Shown here piece after piece: positions 29,255-41,959 of a stretch of 64,000 bases of DNA. A program made the translations under genes and the position numbers. Source of the DNA: Octopus sinensis (taxonomy: Eukaryota); assembly GCF_006345805.1 (NCBI RefSeq), contig NC_042998.1, positions 201,624,001-201,688,000 on the forward strand, written 5' to 3'. Positions within the stretch are counted from its first letter, which is position 1; each line of letters starts with the position of its first letter. The notes below the pieces were generated by a model that was not told the origin of the DNA, ran no database searches, and saw nothing but the letters and a program-made list of their open reading frames with translations.

Positions 29255-31220
29255 ATGAGGAGGAATTGCAGACGAACTGTATAAATCTCTGAGAACGTTA
29301 TATTACCGCCGGAACGCAAAATCCTGTAGAAGGAGATGCAGAGGTACCAAATATCAACTACTGTTAGAGAAAATAGTAATGAAAGAGTGTAAACGAAGGA
29401 CAGCAAATCTGGGAATGGTCTGGATTCACTATCGGAAAACTTATGGTATGATTCCACGTCCGTGGATCATGGAGTGGTTAGATCTGTTTGGAATTGTAAG
29501 GAATGTAATGTGTTTCCTGATGACAAGAATGGTGGGATGAAAAACTGAACTGATTTCTTACGGAAAAATATTGGTCCCTGTAGGTATCAGAAGAGGTATC
29601 TCCTTTGCTTTTTGTAGTCTGCATGATACCCCTGACCTTGGTCCTTAGGGAAATGCACCTAGGGTACAAACAAAAAAGTAATAATCCCAAACAATGAAGC
29701 ACCTCCACTTCATGGATGATTGGAAACTGTGAACACAGTCCACTGTTGTAGTACTGGAATTCGGACTCAAGAAGTGCGCAATAATCTACCTACAAAGAGA
29801 CAAGGTACAATCTCAAGCTGCGATAGAATTACTGAATAGAGACTTCATTAAGCAAATTGGAACGGAAGGATACAAATGCCTTGGTGTACTAGACTCCAAC
29901 GATATAATGGAAAAGAAAATGAAACAGCAAGTGGGAATAGATTATATCGGAAGACTGAGGCAGCTGTTGCGCTCAAAACTGATTGGATGGAATAAAATCC
30001 AAGCCGGTACTACGTGGGCGATAGCTTCACTTTTGTATGGAGCGGAAATTATAAAATAGCAAAAGAGAGAAATGAAGAAAATTAATATCAAGCCTAGAAA
30101 TATGTTGACAATACAAGTAGCCTTCCACCTTAAGAGTGACACCGGCAGACTGTACTTGTCCAGAAGACAGGGTGGGAAAGGTTTGACCAGTTGAGAAGTC
30201 CGTATTGAAGCAGAGAGAATCAGCCTAGGGTGGTACACAAAAATGCCGTCGAGCCACTGTTGAAACACACGAAGAAAGCCGGCGTCATCAAAACTGAAAA
30301 TTTTGTATTTAAAAAAAAAAAATAATAAACAAGAAATGAGCAAAATAAAAAGAGGAAAACGAGGAACAGCATGGAAGGAACAGAAAATGTAAGGTCAGTT
30401 TGCAAGAGACGTGAACGCTAAAACAGATACAGAGGACCGGTGGCTATGGATGAGGAGGAGTGACCTCAAGATAGAAATAGATGCACGCATATGCGGAGCT
30501 CAGGAACAAACGTCAAGGACGAAGTGCAGAATAGACAATACTACCGATAGTGACAAATGCAGAATGTATGGTGTGACGGGTGAAACGTTAGAAGATATTG
30601 TTAGAGAATGCCCCCAAATTGGCACAGCGTGAATACAAACGACACCATGACAATGTGGCAAGAATGATCCCTTGGGAGCTCTGTGGAAATGACGGCATAT
30701 AAAGAGCAGAGTCGTGATATGAGAAAACTCCAGAAGGAGTCACTGAAAATGAGAATTGCAAAATCCTGCGGGGTGCAATGATCCAGTGCGATCGCAAAAC
30801 CGGATATCGGAAACCGGACATGGTTGTGGTGAATAATAAAGAAAGAACATGTATGATAATGGACATAGCTTGCCCCTGTGACAACAGGATCAATGTGAAA
30901 GACGAAGAAAAATGAACAACTATGACGATTTGAATTGGGAATTACGAAGTTTGTGGTCATTGAAGAGAATAGACGTGATACCAATAGTAATTGGTGCACT
31001 TGGAATTATCAGCACTCAGCGACCAGCATGGGCGTAAATGATCGGTGCAATGTGTGAAGAGAGAACGGGTACAAACATCAGCATTGCTTGGAGCTGCAAG
31101 AATTCTTTGCACCTTCTATGAATCATGACTAGTGAATGAGTGTCACTTTAGTTTACTGGTTGTGGACAGCTGAAACTTTCCATCATAACCAGTAAAATAA
31201 GTTGTGAGTTTTTATATAAT
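29255..31220 (+). pseudogene. R4/Dong-type retrotransposon relic: RT domain through REL endonuclease
   Basis: CRGTKYQLLLEKIVMKECKRRTANLGMVWIHYRKTYGMIP, HLHFMDDWKL (FMDD at 29709-29720), GYKCLGVL, CRMYG..ETLEDI..EC, KPDMVVVN; many stops and frameshifts. Confidence 0.88.
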
Positions 31221-31371
31221 TACAACTGCAACAGCGACGATGATGATGACGACAATGACGACGACGACGACAACGATGAAGATGATGGTGATGATGATGA
31301 TGATGATGACGTCAGTGATGATAACAATAATAATAACAAGGAGAAGAAGATGAAGGACAAGAAGAAATATA

Positions 31372-31645
31372 ATATAGCGTAATGTTTAGGAGCGCAGGCT
31401 ACTAACCCCAACATTCCGAGTTCGACTCCAAGCAGTGACCTGGATAATAACAACAAAAGCAACAATAATAATAATGATAATAATAACATCAAAAATACCT
31501 AAGGAATGAGAACCTAATTTCGAAATTTCCCCCAAGACATCTCAAGAAGGCTGGAGGGTACATCAGCCGGTTTGTTGTGTTAACAACAAACAAGATGAGG
31601 ACAAATATCCATCGAATGTAAATAATGTAAATAATGTAAATAATT
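31372..31645 (+). mobile_element. Family C element: tRNA-like head, (TAA)n, hammerhead-like tail
   Basis: Box B AGTTCGACTCC at 31420-31430 and a TAA/CAA tract. GACAT-CTCAAGA-A-GGCTG..CAGCC-GGT-TTGT-T-GTGTT at 31536-31581 has an intact stem II and a mutated core. Confidence 0.8.
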
Positions 31646-31655
31646 ATTGTTGTTG

Positions 31656-31685
<30 letters not shown>

Positions 31686-31686
<1 letters not shown>

Positions 31687-32470
31687 GAAATGTTTAACTT
31701 TTGGTTTCTATTCGTATAAGTTGACTCCAAGTCACACCCAGAGACCTCAAGAGACAAGTTAGAAGTTCAAGTTGGTGTTATGCCTTGGGAATCATATATT
31801 TGATTTTGCATGTAGTATTGTTCTAAAGAATGTTTAAGAAACCATAAGAAAATTGTGAGTTTGTTTTAAAATTTTAGATTACATAGACAGTATTTTACTA
31901 GGATATGGGCAGTTCCCATGAGCACTATCTTTTGTATTTCTGCAATTTTAATTTCCTGGTATCTGAGCTAGGTTGGAATCAGCCCCTTTTGCTATCATTC
32001 CTAGGGCACCTATCACTACTTGTACTGTTTATGTGTTCAGGTTCCACATTTTGCCAATCACTATTTCAAGATCTTTATACTTGCTCAGTTTTTGGTAGGT
32101 CTTGACAGATACGTTTATATCGATTGGGAGTCATATCAATGAGGAGGCATGATTATTGTCTGAAGTCTTTCAATATGATGCCTGGCCTATTCGCATCTAA
32201 ATTTGTGTCAGTTTGAACGGTGAAGTTCCAGAGGAGTGAACTGTGAACATTTTCAAGCACTGGAGGCAGTTGTGTTCCTATCAGTTTTTATCATCGGGTA
32301 GGCCCAGGTTTTGGCAAAATACTCAACCAATATACGATGCTGCTCTATCGTGCCTGTTGAGATACTCTATAGGCACAAGAAGACTGCACTTGGAGATAAC
32401 ATGGTCAATGGTTTCATTTTGTTGTTTACTTTCACGACATGCTGGGCTACTGCTGTTCTTTAATATGTTG
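31686..32470 (-). mobile_element. R4/Dong-type REL fragment plus 3' UTR
   Basis: CRESKQQNETIDHVISKC..RHDR, then KLSKYKDLEIVIGKMWNL and VIGALGMIAKG. The 3' UTR matches 13176-13371. Confidence 0.85.
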
Positions 32471-32903
32471 GCCATCATTTTAAAATATGTTTCAGTACCT
32501 TTTTTTTTATCATCCCTAGAGATCCTACAATCACGTGTACTGTAGTCGCCTTGAGATGCCACATTGTTTTCAATTTTTATTAGCAAGTCTTTATATTTAC
32601 AGATCTTGTCAAATTCTTTCTCCGCTATATTGTCATCACAAAGAATACTCATGTCAATTAATAAACCCATCTTTTTTGTCTGATCTTTTATAATAATATC
32701 CGGTTTATTAACTTTTATAGTCTTGCCGGTCTGTACGCAGAAGTCCCATAGAATCGACACATTTTCACCCTCAGTAACAGCTTCAGGATGGTGTTTATAC
32801 CATTTGTCTGAGGTTTTGATTTTATAATGCCGACATATTGTCCAGTGTAAATAGTGGCCGACTCTGCCATGTCTTGCTTTATATTCTACAGGTGCTAACA
32901 GTC
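32470..32903 (-). mobile_element. R4/Dong-type REL fragment (same subfamily as 23911-24420), joined directly to the previous fragment
   Basis: EYKARHGRVGHYLHWTICRHY...ILWDF...KPDIIIKDQ...LLIDMSI...KYKDLLI; bounded by (TAA)n at 32911. Confidence 0.9.
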
Positions 32904-32908
32904 TACAC

Positions 32909-33040
<132 letters not shown>

Positions 33041-33066
33041 GTTATTATTATTTTTATTATTATTAC

Positions 33067-33097
<31 letters not shown>

Positions 33098-33598
33098 GAG
33101 TGAGAGAGCAGTTCATGCCATCAAAGTGACACTGGGGTAAAATATACGAAGCCCAATATACCCATCATGACTACCCGTCTGATAAAGGTACACGAGGCAC
33201 ATGCATCACAACCATATGTGCGCGACATGGTGATCTCATATCAAGATAAACAGCATATGACCTTGCAGGTGGGGCCCAGTTAGAATTTTCTTCAGGTTGA
33301 GTAGCCCATCCCGCTCAAACGGTCCCTGAATAAGGGTTGTTTAAGGATTTCCAGAGGTGAACTATTCAAACCCCAAAGAATCCCTCTCAACACATGGCTA
33401 TGATGCTACCCCACTACTTCTGCTCGTGATCAGAGATGCACATATCGTCGGCCACTAAGGGACATGCTCAACTGGTTATGGTCAAACAACTGACAAGCAA
33501 ATCTGTGGTATTGAGCAGAATATTTGCTGTAGCCCATCTTTTATACCAAGACAAAACAATGTACATGATAACACTTCCAATCAGTTAAGATCAGAAGC

Positions 33599-33600
<2 letters not shown>
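33098..33600 (-). mobile_element. Non-coding TAA-tailed retro-like element (family E)
   Basis: Matches 42979-43369 in the opposite orientation. Both copies end ...gtcactttgatggcatg.ac... followed by (TAA)n. Confidence 0.8.
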
Positions 33601-33658
<58 letters not shown>

Positions 33659-33896
33659 CATTACTAGCAAAAAAGACAGCCCGGAGTGCGGCTTTCTCAT
33701 AGCCACTCGATAATATTTCCCCATTTCATTCCCAATTCTTTTAATTTTTGGTAATATTTTACGTCTAAGCATTTCTTTGTATAATAGTGCTCATTTGTTC
33801 CTTAAATATTGCTTTCATTATTTTATCAGTCATAATCTCTCTTATTTAAAGTGTCAGTATTTATCATTAATAATTGATAGAACTTATATAGGTGTG

Positions 33897-34248
<352 letters not shown>

Positions 34249-35545
34249 TGTTTCTTTATTAGCCACACAGGGCTGCACACAGATAGAACAAATTACAAGG
34301 TAGAGCTTTTCTTTTGAAGGTATTAAAAAAAAAAAAAAAAAAAAAAAAAGGAAGGGGGAGGTTCGATCAAAAGGGATCGTAAAAGGAGAGAAAGAGGACA
34401 AAAATAAGGGGGGTTAAAAAAAAAAAAAAAAAGCGGGGGGAGAGGAAAAAAAAATGATCAATAGGGATCGTTATCACAGAAATGTCAATATGAAGTGTAA
34501 AGGGGAGGACAGGTGAGGTTTACCCGTGGAAAGAAAAGCCTGCGGAAAAGACCACGGTAACCTCGGTCAATGAAGTCACATTTTATATTTCTTTTTTTTT
34601 TTTTTTTTTTTTGCAAATAAGCAACTCTCTGTTTTCGATTTCTGGGTTCATAGGACTATGCTCAAGGTGGCTTCGTCATTCATACGTGCCATTCTTGCTA
34701 CATTCACCCATCTTTTTTTAAAACATTCGCTAGACAAAACTTGCCTCTCTACTCTCACTTTCCTTTTCAAGTGGTACTTGAAGAAGTTGATGAGAGATTG
34801 ACCAGAGAGGAAAGTGTTTGTCTCCAATCCTTTCAGACGCGTCCACCAGATACATTCTTTCGCCATAGCCACAAGGATGATGAAAATAGCTCTTCCTTCC
34901 CGTTTGAAGGAAGGAGGCGTGACAATATTGACGATAGACTCAGCTGATAAACCGACTCGTCCCACACGTGACAGCAGTTGTTCGACATAAGCCCACAGGT
35001 CGGAAATTGTTGGACACTGAACGAGTGCGTGCAGAACGGTTTCGTCGCTCTGACCGCATCTCGGGCAGGTCGGCCCCGTGTTTCTCGAGCCGTGTCTGTA
35101 GAGCTTATCCCGAACGGGTAGCGCTTCTCGGTAGCACTGCCAGGCCAGGGATCTCTGGAAGTTGTCCATGGGCCCTGGCCCGAAAGTCGTCCCGAACAGG
35201 CGGGTCAGGTACTCCTCGTCGACGTCCAGGTTCGCCCCGAGCTCGTCGTCGTACCTCCCCTCCACTAAACCCCTATAGAATGCTTTGGTTGTGTTGAAGT
35301 CACTTAAGGTCGACCCAGGACGGCAGAGTTGCTTGAGAGCAACGCGACACTCACGGTGCCATTCGCCCTTCCTCGGCCTCTTTTTGATCCACGACTGCAG
35401 TTCGGTCATGGAGACGAGCTGCGGGAAAGCGTGCCTCACAAACGGCGACCACACCTGTTCACCGTCGTCTACATAGAGCCAGAGATGTCGCAGTCTCAGC
35501 GCGTGTCTGCGCATCATCAACCACGGCATGCCCAGCCCTCCTTTT
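34249..35545 (-). mobile_element. Tx1/L1-clade LINE, 5'-truncated, with open ORF2 C-terminus (34648-35545) and 3' UTR
   Basis: KGGLGMP start, W...REALPVRDKL (zf-RVT-like) and CPRCGQSDETVLHALVQC knuckle, with no stop over more than 293 codons. The 3' end is aataaagaaaca followed by (TATC)n. Confidence 0.92.
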
Positions 35546-35631
<86 letters not shown>

Positions 35632-35907
35632 GGAGGGATGGAGCTAGGGACAGAGGGATGGATGGACATACGGATACACACACATTCACAGACAGAAAAG
35701 TCTCGTGCTGTGAGAATGCATGGGAATGACATTTCCTTACTTTTTCAATTATGCGCAAACTTAGAATGATCTAATATAACTATATCATTCATTCTGATCG
35801 TGTTGAAATATGCCAAAATAGATTTATTTCACACAAATATATGTTACTTTACATACAATTTATGTGTTAATTCTGTTTACTGAAACTTGCTAAAAAGCAT
35901 ATTTTGC

Positions 35908-36990
35908 TTTAAAGTAGTATCCCCTATTAGACACAATTGTCAGTAATCGTACTGTTTCCATTTCCCTCAGCCAATATTTTTACATTAGCCTTCTTTCGAA
36001 CTCTAGCTAATGCAACATACAGCTTACGATGTGAGAAGAATTGTGTCAGAATATATATTCCTATTTGTTAAAAATTCTGTCCCTGTGCCTTGATGCACAT
36101 CAACGAAATGCCTGGCTTGACACGAAATTGCATGCGTGTAAATGAAAATAGAAATTCTACTTCTTGAGATACATGTGGTATTCTTGGGATTAGCAAATTT
36201 GATCTGCATAAGGACCAGAAGCAACCTCAACCTCAATAGAATGATCACGGAAACGGACAACGATGTAGTGTGTGCCATTGCAATGACCATTAGTAGCATC
36301 TAAATTTCTCAGAAGTATTAAGCATCGTTCTTTTCTTCAGTCTGAGAAGTTGTGGTGGAAACCCTGATGCTGTAAGTTTGTTGATGAACTCGAATGTGTA
36401 CAGAATTCTATTATCAACTATATTTGAGTTTCTGTATATTTTTAGCTCACCAGGGATTCTGGTCAACTGAAAATTATCCACAAATTGTACTGCTTCATTT
36501 GTTGGAGTAACGCTGGTCCTATTTGCGACCCACACAGTGTTTGTGAAGTTATTTCTGAGGACAGCATATGCAAAATCACATTGATCAGAAAGGGCACCAC
36601 ATTCAACACAGGTGTAATTGGGTTGTTTGATTTGAATTCACCTAGGCTTTGTTCAACAGAAATGTCAATATTTCCTACATCAAGAACGTAATTAGCAAAC
36701 TCTCTTTCACCAGAATGACCTTCTGTAAGAAGTCATAGATTGGTTGTCAACTCCACTACTTCCACATGATCGCAAAGAAAAGACCTCTTTAGTGTTGCAT
36801 CAACAATTTGTGATCTGACGCAATTATTTTGAAGTAGAATATTCTCCTCTCGAGATACCCTAAGCAGTCTGTCGAGTGGCGGAAACAGAATCATGTGTAA
36901 GTCTTTGGGCATATTCAGGCATCTGTTTCTGTCGCTTTGCCCTGGTTTCATATCATTCAGTTACCCGCCTTTCTCTCTGGCGTTGTGCCT
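35908..36990 (-). pseudogene. Helitron Rep/Hel relic (Pif1-type helicase C-terminal motifs)
   Basis: IVDATLKRSFL..VEVVELTTNL, FANYVLDVG, TPTNEAV, FINKLTASGFPPQLLRL, LIPRIP, RMQFRV, FSHRKLYVALARV; stops and frameshifts. Confidence 0.9.
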
Positions 36991-37081
36991 TTGCTGCTAC
37001 ATTTTCGTTTTCAGTCGCATATATTTTATTAATTTATTTGGTTTCAGCTCACAAGCTGTGGCCATGATGGGGCACCGCCAT

Positions 37082-37146
<65 letters not shown>

Positions 37147-38297
37147 TCTCGTTAGAACGTTAAAATCTATCTTGTTTAGCGTGCTAGAAATAGAAGTGAT
37201 CACTTAGTTATTATTGTAAGGCTTATAGCTTTCTATGAAGCCATATCAACAAAATCACACATTCATTTAAAAAAAAAAGTTATAATGCTGTATTAAAGAA
37301 TTTTCATCTTATCAAAAATATTAATTTACCAAACTGTGGAAACTGATAATAATCTTGAAATTGTGTCTCATATCTAAGTTATGCAGCTACTTTGAGTAAT
37401 GGCATGCATTCTTTAAACAGAAAGTCACTTAAAAATTATACCAATATATTTTTAAAAATTCATTTTATCAAAAATATTCATTTAACAAACACCGAAAATT
37501 GATAAATTGTTTCTTGTATCAATGTTATATAGCTATTATTAAATTATCATTAATGAGAGACTGTAGCAAATAAAAACGTAAAATGTTCCCTGCAACGAAT
37601 TAATAGTGTTTATTATTAAACATTAAAATCTACTCCGCAGTGAATGGAATGAATATTTAAATTTGCGAGAATTCGGTGTTAAAAAAAATTCAATAAACTT
37701 CAGAAATCGAAATTATAGGCAATTACTTAGAACATGAATTTATAAAAATATTTCCAGACGATCAGTCACTTAACATTGCTTTCTTTTGGCAATTTTAGTA
37801 ATTGTTACATACCTAATTAATTAGCAGCTTTCTCCATTATAGCAAAGATTATTACAAGAAGGATACAAGATATTAAGTAAACCCCGAAAGATTGTTTCGT
37901 CTTTCAGAGACATAATATAAAATGACAAAAATGGAATGATAAGCAGCCACAAGGTTAAAGAAATACCCACAAAAATCTAAAAAGTGGGCCCAGAGAATTT
38001 TATTTCGTTTGGTATAAAACGTTCCGTTTCGTCAATGCTTAAATAATCTAAAACAATCGAAATAAACAGAGAAAAATTGCTATCGAAACTGAGAAGAGCA
38101 GTCTCAAAACTATGATTGAAGCATTCCTCATCACAACATCGAAACAACCGCTTTTACCTCGTGTCCTCAAAGAAAAGATTCAAAGAAGCAGAACACGTTT
38201 TTTACTTTCTAATTATTCAGTGTCATTCATAAAGTATTGTGACTTATATACACTGGAAAATATACGAGCGTTATGAAATAGCAACCGAAAAAGAGGG

Positions 38298-38503
38298 TAT
38301 ACTCTTTTACCTTTTTCAGTCATTTGACTGCGGCCATGCTGGAGCACCGCCTTTAATCGAGCAACTCGACCCCGGGACTTATTCTTTGTAAGCCCAGTAC
38401 TTATTCTATCGGTCTCTTTTTGCCGAACCGCTAAGTGACGGGGACGTAAACACACCAGCATCGGTTGTCAAGCAATGCTAGGGGGACAAACACAGACACA
38501 CAA

Positions 38504-38565
<62 letters not shown>

Positions 38566-38727
38566 GACAGGCTTCTTTCAGTTTCCGTCTACCAAATCCA
38601 CTCACAAGGTATTGGTCGGCCCGGGGCTATAGCAGAAGACACTTGCCCAAGATGCCACGCAGTGGGACTGAACCCGGAGCCATGCGGTTGGTTAGCAAGC
38701 TACTCACCACACAGCCACTCCTGTGCC
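38298..38727 (-). mobile_element. SINE family A, full length
   Basis: Reverse complement of 46986-47374. Confidence 0.95.
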
Positions 38728-38859
38728 TATATTAACATTTTAAAAAAATACAGAAGAAATTTAAGTTTCAGAGAATTACAGAATAACTGCACCCTGGGAT
38801 ATGTTAGTGGATATAGTGAAGGATTTCAGCGCTAATCGACCAGATACTGGAGTCAATGA

Positions 38860-39160
38860 CATTTAGGTAAAGAAACAACGCCAAATCCACATATCAATTC
38901 TAAAAGTAATGTATTTGTCAATCGTGAAAAGCATAGCAAAACTCATCCAAATATAATATGGAAATTGAGATAGCCAGTATATACCGCCTAGAACAGACAT
39001 TATACGTGTAACAATTGTTCTCTTGAGAAATATAAAACTAGAGGGCAAAAATATGAAACCAGACCCACAGAACGTACACATATTCACACCATGGAGCAGG
39101 ATTAAGACACTCTTCGCACAAACTTTCTTCCAAATCGTTATAAATGCGGCGTGGTTTTCA
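38860..39160 (+). pseudogene. Possible CR1/L2-type LINE 3' end relic
   Basis: MYLSIVK, KTRGQKYE and RTNFLPNR loosely match LYKSLVR, TRGHxxKL and RxxFFSNR across frames. Confidence 0.3.
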
Positions 39161-40811
39161 CAATCTTTCTGTTATATTTTTCTTCGTCCATGTGTAGAAT
39201 TCTTCAGAAATATGCAAATTTGCAAATGAATATTAGAACCTGTTACCAAAGCTGAATAAGAGACATCACGTTCTCTGTATAGTGTGTCTGTCTTTTTCTG
39301 GCCCACCATTCCAAAGGTGTTACTAAGCTCTGCAGGTAGACTAAACGAACAGTCTTGAGGTGAATTGTATTCCAACCATGAACTTTTCATTTGGTAGCCA
39401 TAAATTCGACAATCGTCATCTAATTAATAAGGTACGTTTGAATGGCGTACCATAGTAATATCGATATTTAGCTATTATTTCTAGCAGTCAAATCGGCGAT
39501 TTAGTCTCCCTGCATTTTGTTTTACAAAAATATCAATAAAAGGCAATAATTTACAACGTAGAGTCTTTTATATCTAAAGGACAGTTACATATGTCCAGTT
39601 TACCCGATCTCAGTGGAATAAACATATTAAACTGACATAAGTACTAGCCCATAACCCTTGTCTGCCAGCCTTTGTTTGCTGACTGTTTTGTTAGTAATGG
39701 TTGATGTATAATGTAGCTCATATTGATTTTACTTCCAGTTTATTTCATTCTGATTTGTGTTGCAACGTATCGTTATTATTTGTTAGTGCAAACACTGAAA
39801 GTATTACAAAAATATAATAATGGGATTATAAATTAGCTTTTTTATTGTTGCTTATTTTGCATTTTCCTATAATTATTTAATTGATTGCGGAGTCGTACGA
39901 TCGAAACTTATAGATCTGAGAATAGCCCCTTTTTATTTCTAAGGCGTATTCTAAAAATACCCCTGAAATGCCTAGTGTGCCTATCGTTTTAGTGGGATGA
40001 GAATTGTGCTAGATGTACCATTGTTTCTAGTGTACAGCTCGCCATCAATACTACCTGGTTATCTTACCCATACCAACTGGTTTTATTTAATAGGCGTCCC
40101 TGGAAACATAATTGTTTCCAGAGAGCCTAAACTGAATTGCTGAATCAACTAAAGATAGTAATACTATAGTCATAAAATACACTTTATCATCTAAAATAAA
40201 ATCAAGAATAAGGTGGGGTTGTATCAAAGATATAATGTAGTGTAAATTTATTTTTAAGCAAAGTCTTTTCATTATTACTCTGCTCAGATAGTAGTACCAG
40301 GTTTAAACTGCAGCAAACTCTGAAAGTTACTCTTCTTAGTATGCAGATTAACACTACTGAAAAAAAGAAACGATTAAAAGCACATCAAAATTGCCCCTCG
40401 AGATTTTATTCACTTTTTGTATGGTTACCTAAGACTATCAGGTCCACCATATTTGTTCTTTTATTCCTCAATGTATTTGATTCGAGGGAGATTTGGCTAC
40501 AACTTCTAGCAGTTTGATCGAACACCTTCTGACTTACTCATTCACCTATATTCAATATTACTGCTTATGGATAGAATCACTTATCGTACGTTTATTCTTT
40601 TATAACAATGTCGCGATCGTCTACATTGTCAATCAATACGAAGTTCTTTATTGTCATATCGACAGAAGTTATATTGTTATATTATAATCTGGTATTCAAC
40701 CCGAGGTCAAAATCATTTTATAATCCTATTTTTACATCTTTTCTTCAGCTTTCTATTCCTCATTCTACATTTTCGATAGTAAAAATTGGCAACTGGGAGA
40801 ATCATCAGTAA

Positions 40812-40985
40812 GTCGAGCTGCAATTTTTACAGCTCTTTATATCCCGAGTTCAAATTCCACCGAATTCGACACTGCCTTCTATACTTTGAGAGTGGATAAA
40901 ATAAAGTACCTCTCAAATACTGACTCCATTTTAATTGACTTGCGTCCTTCTTAAAACTGCTGCGTAGTTTGAAGGAAGTATTACT
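40812..40985 (+). mobile_element. Old SINE (family B-like variant)
   Basis: ccgagttcaaattccaccgaattcgacactgccttctat...ggataaaataaagtacc aligns to family B. Confidence 0.6.
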
Positions 40986-41185
40986 ATATATTTTTAAGTG
41001 TTAGTGTTATTGTTTTTGTTGTGATAAACATAACAACGTTTTAAAATTTTACTAAATTTTGTCTGTTCGGCCCCTTTTTGCTGCAGCAAAGCCAGCACTC
41101 TTTGGGATCAGCAGGATAACTGTAATGTTTGCCACGTCGGGTCGAATTTTGAGGCTTTTTAATAACAAGTCTAAACATTGATATT

Positions 41186-41217
<32 letters not shown>

Positions 41218-41221
41218 GTTA

Positions 41222-41412
41222 ATCCAAACATGAAAACACAAAGAGAAAACACAACAACGCGAGGACATCGATCAAGTATAGTGTTATTGGACACCGAGGA
41301 AAGGAAAGAAAGAAGGATTTAACGTTTCGAGCGGAGCTCTTCGTCAGAAACATAGGAAAAGGAAAGATCCAAGGAAGGGAAGACTGAGGGAAAAAAATCA
41401 CCAACGCTGTCA
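41222..41412 (-). mobile_element. Short repeat carrying an intact minimal hammerhead core (PLE-LTR-like)
   Basis: Minus strand 41351-41317 reads GTTT CTGACGA A GAGC-TCC-GCTC GAA ACGT T AAAT. Confidence 0.7.
41317..41351 (-). ncRNA. Minimal type-I hammerhead ribozyme motif
   Basis: All core nucleotides are present (CUGACGA, GAA, A15.1/U16.1, GUU triplet). 4-bp stem II, palindromic ACGU stem III, 3-4-bp stem I. Activity is untested. Confidence 0.7.
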
Positions 41413-41681
41413 CATATTGAATGTAAGTATACCTGCATGCATGCTTACCTACATATATACAAGACCTATCAAAAGGACGGTTAATCATAGTATGTATTCA
41501 ATATTTCTCTACCAATGGCATGGACCTCTCAGAAATTCCGGGTCCTTATTCGCCGTGAGTGAAGACCCTTCTTCTTTCTGAAGGCATATCTCTACGATGT
41601 GGTCACTTTGATAAAATATCAAAGGGTAAAGGGAATACCTGGATATTTTGAGGGATGTTCTGCTTGTGCATTAAATAGGCG

Positions 41682-41743
<62 letters not shown>

Positions 41744-41762
41744 GATAGATAGATAGATAGAT

Positions 41763-41815
<53 letters not shown>

Positions 41816-41905
41816 TCACGTGACCAAGTGACCGACCGGGCTATAAGATATTGTTGCATATCGCTGGCCACAATGCCCTTTTGCAAGTTATATATATATA
41901 TATAT

Positions 41906-41959
<54 letters not shown>

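Noticed and set aside
40040-40800. Decayed GPCR (LIGVPGNIIV, SLFIITL, LLMDR)
   Set aside because: The motifs are short, spacing and frames are inconsistent with TM1-TM3, and there are many stops; a 7tm_1 HMM search would be needed.
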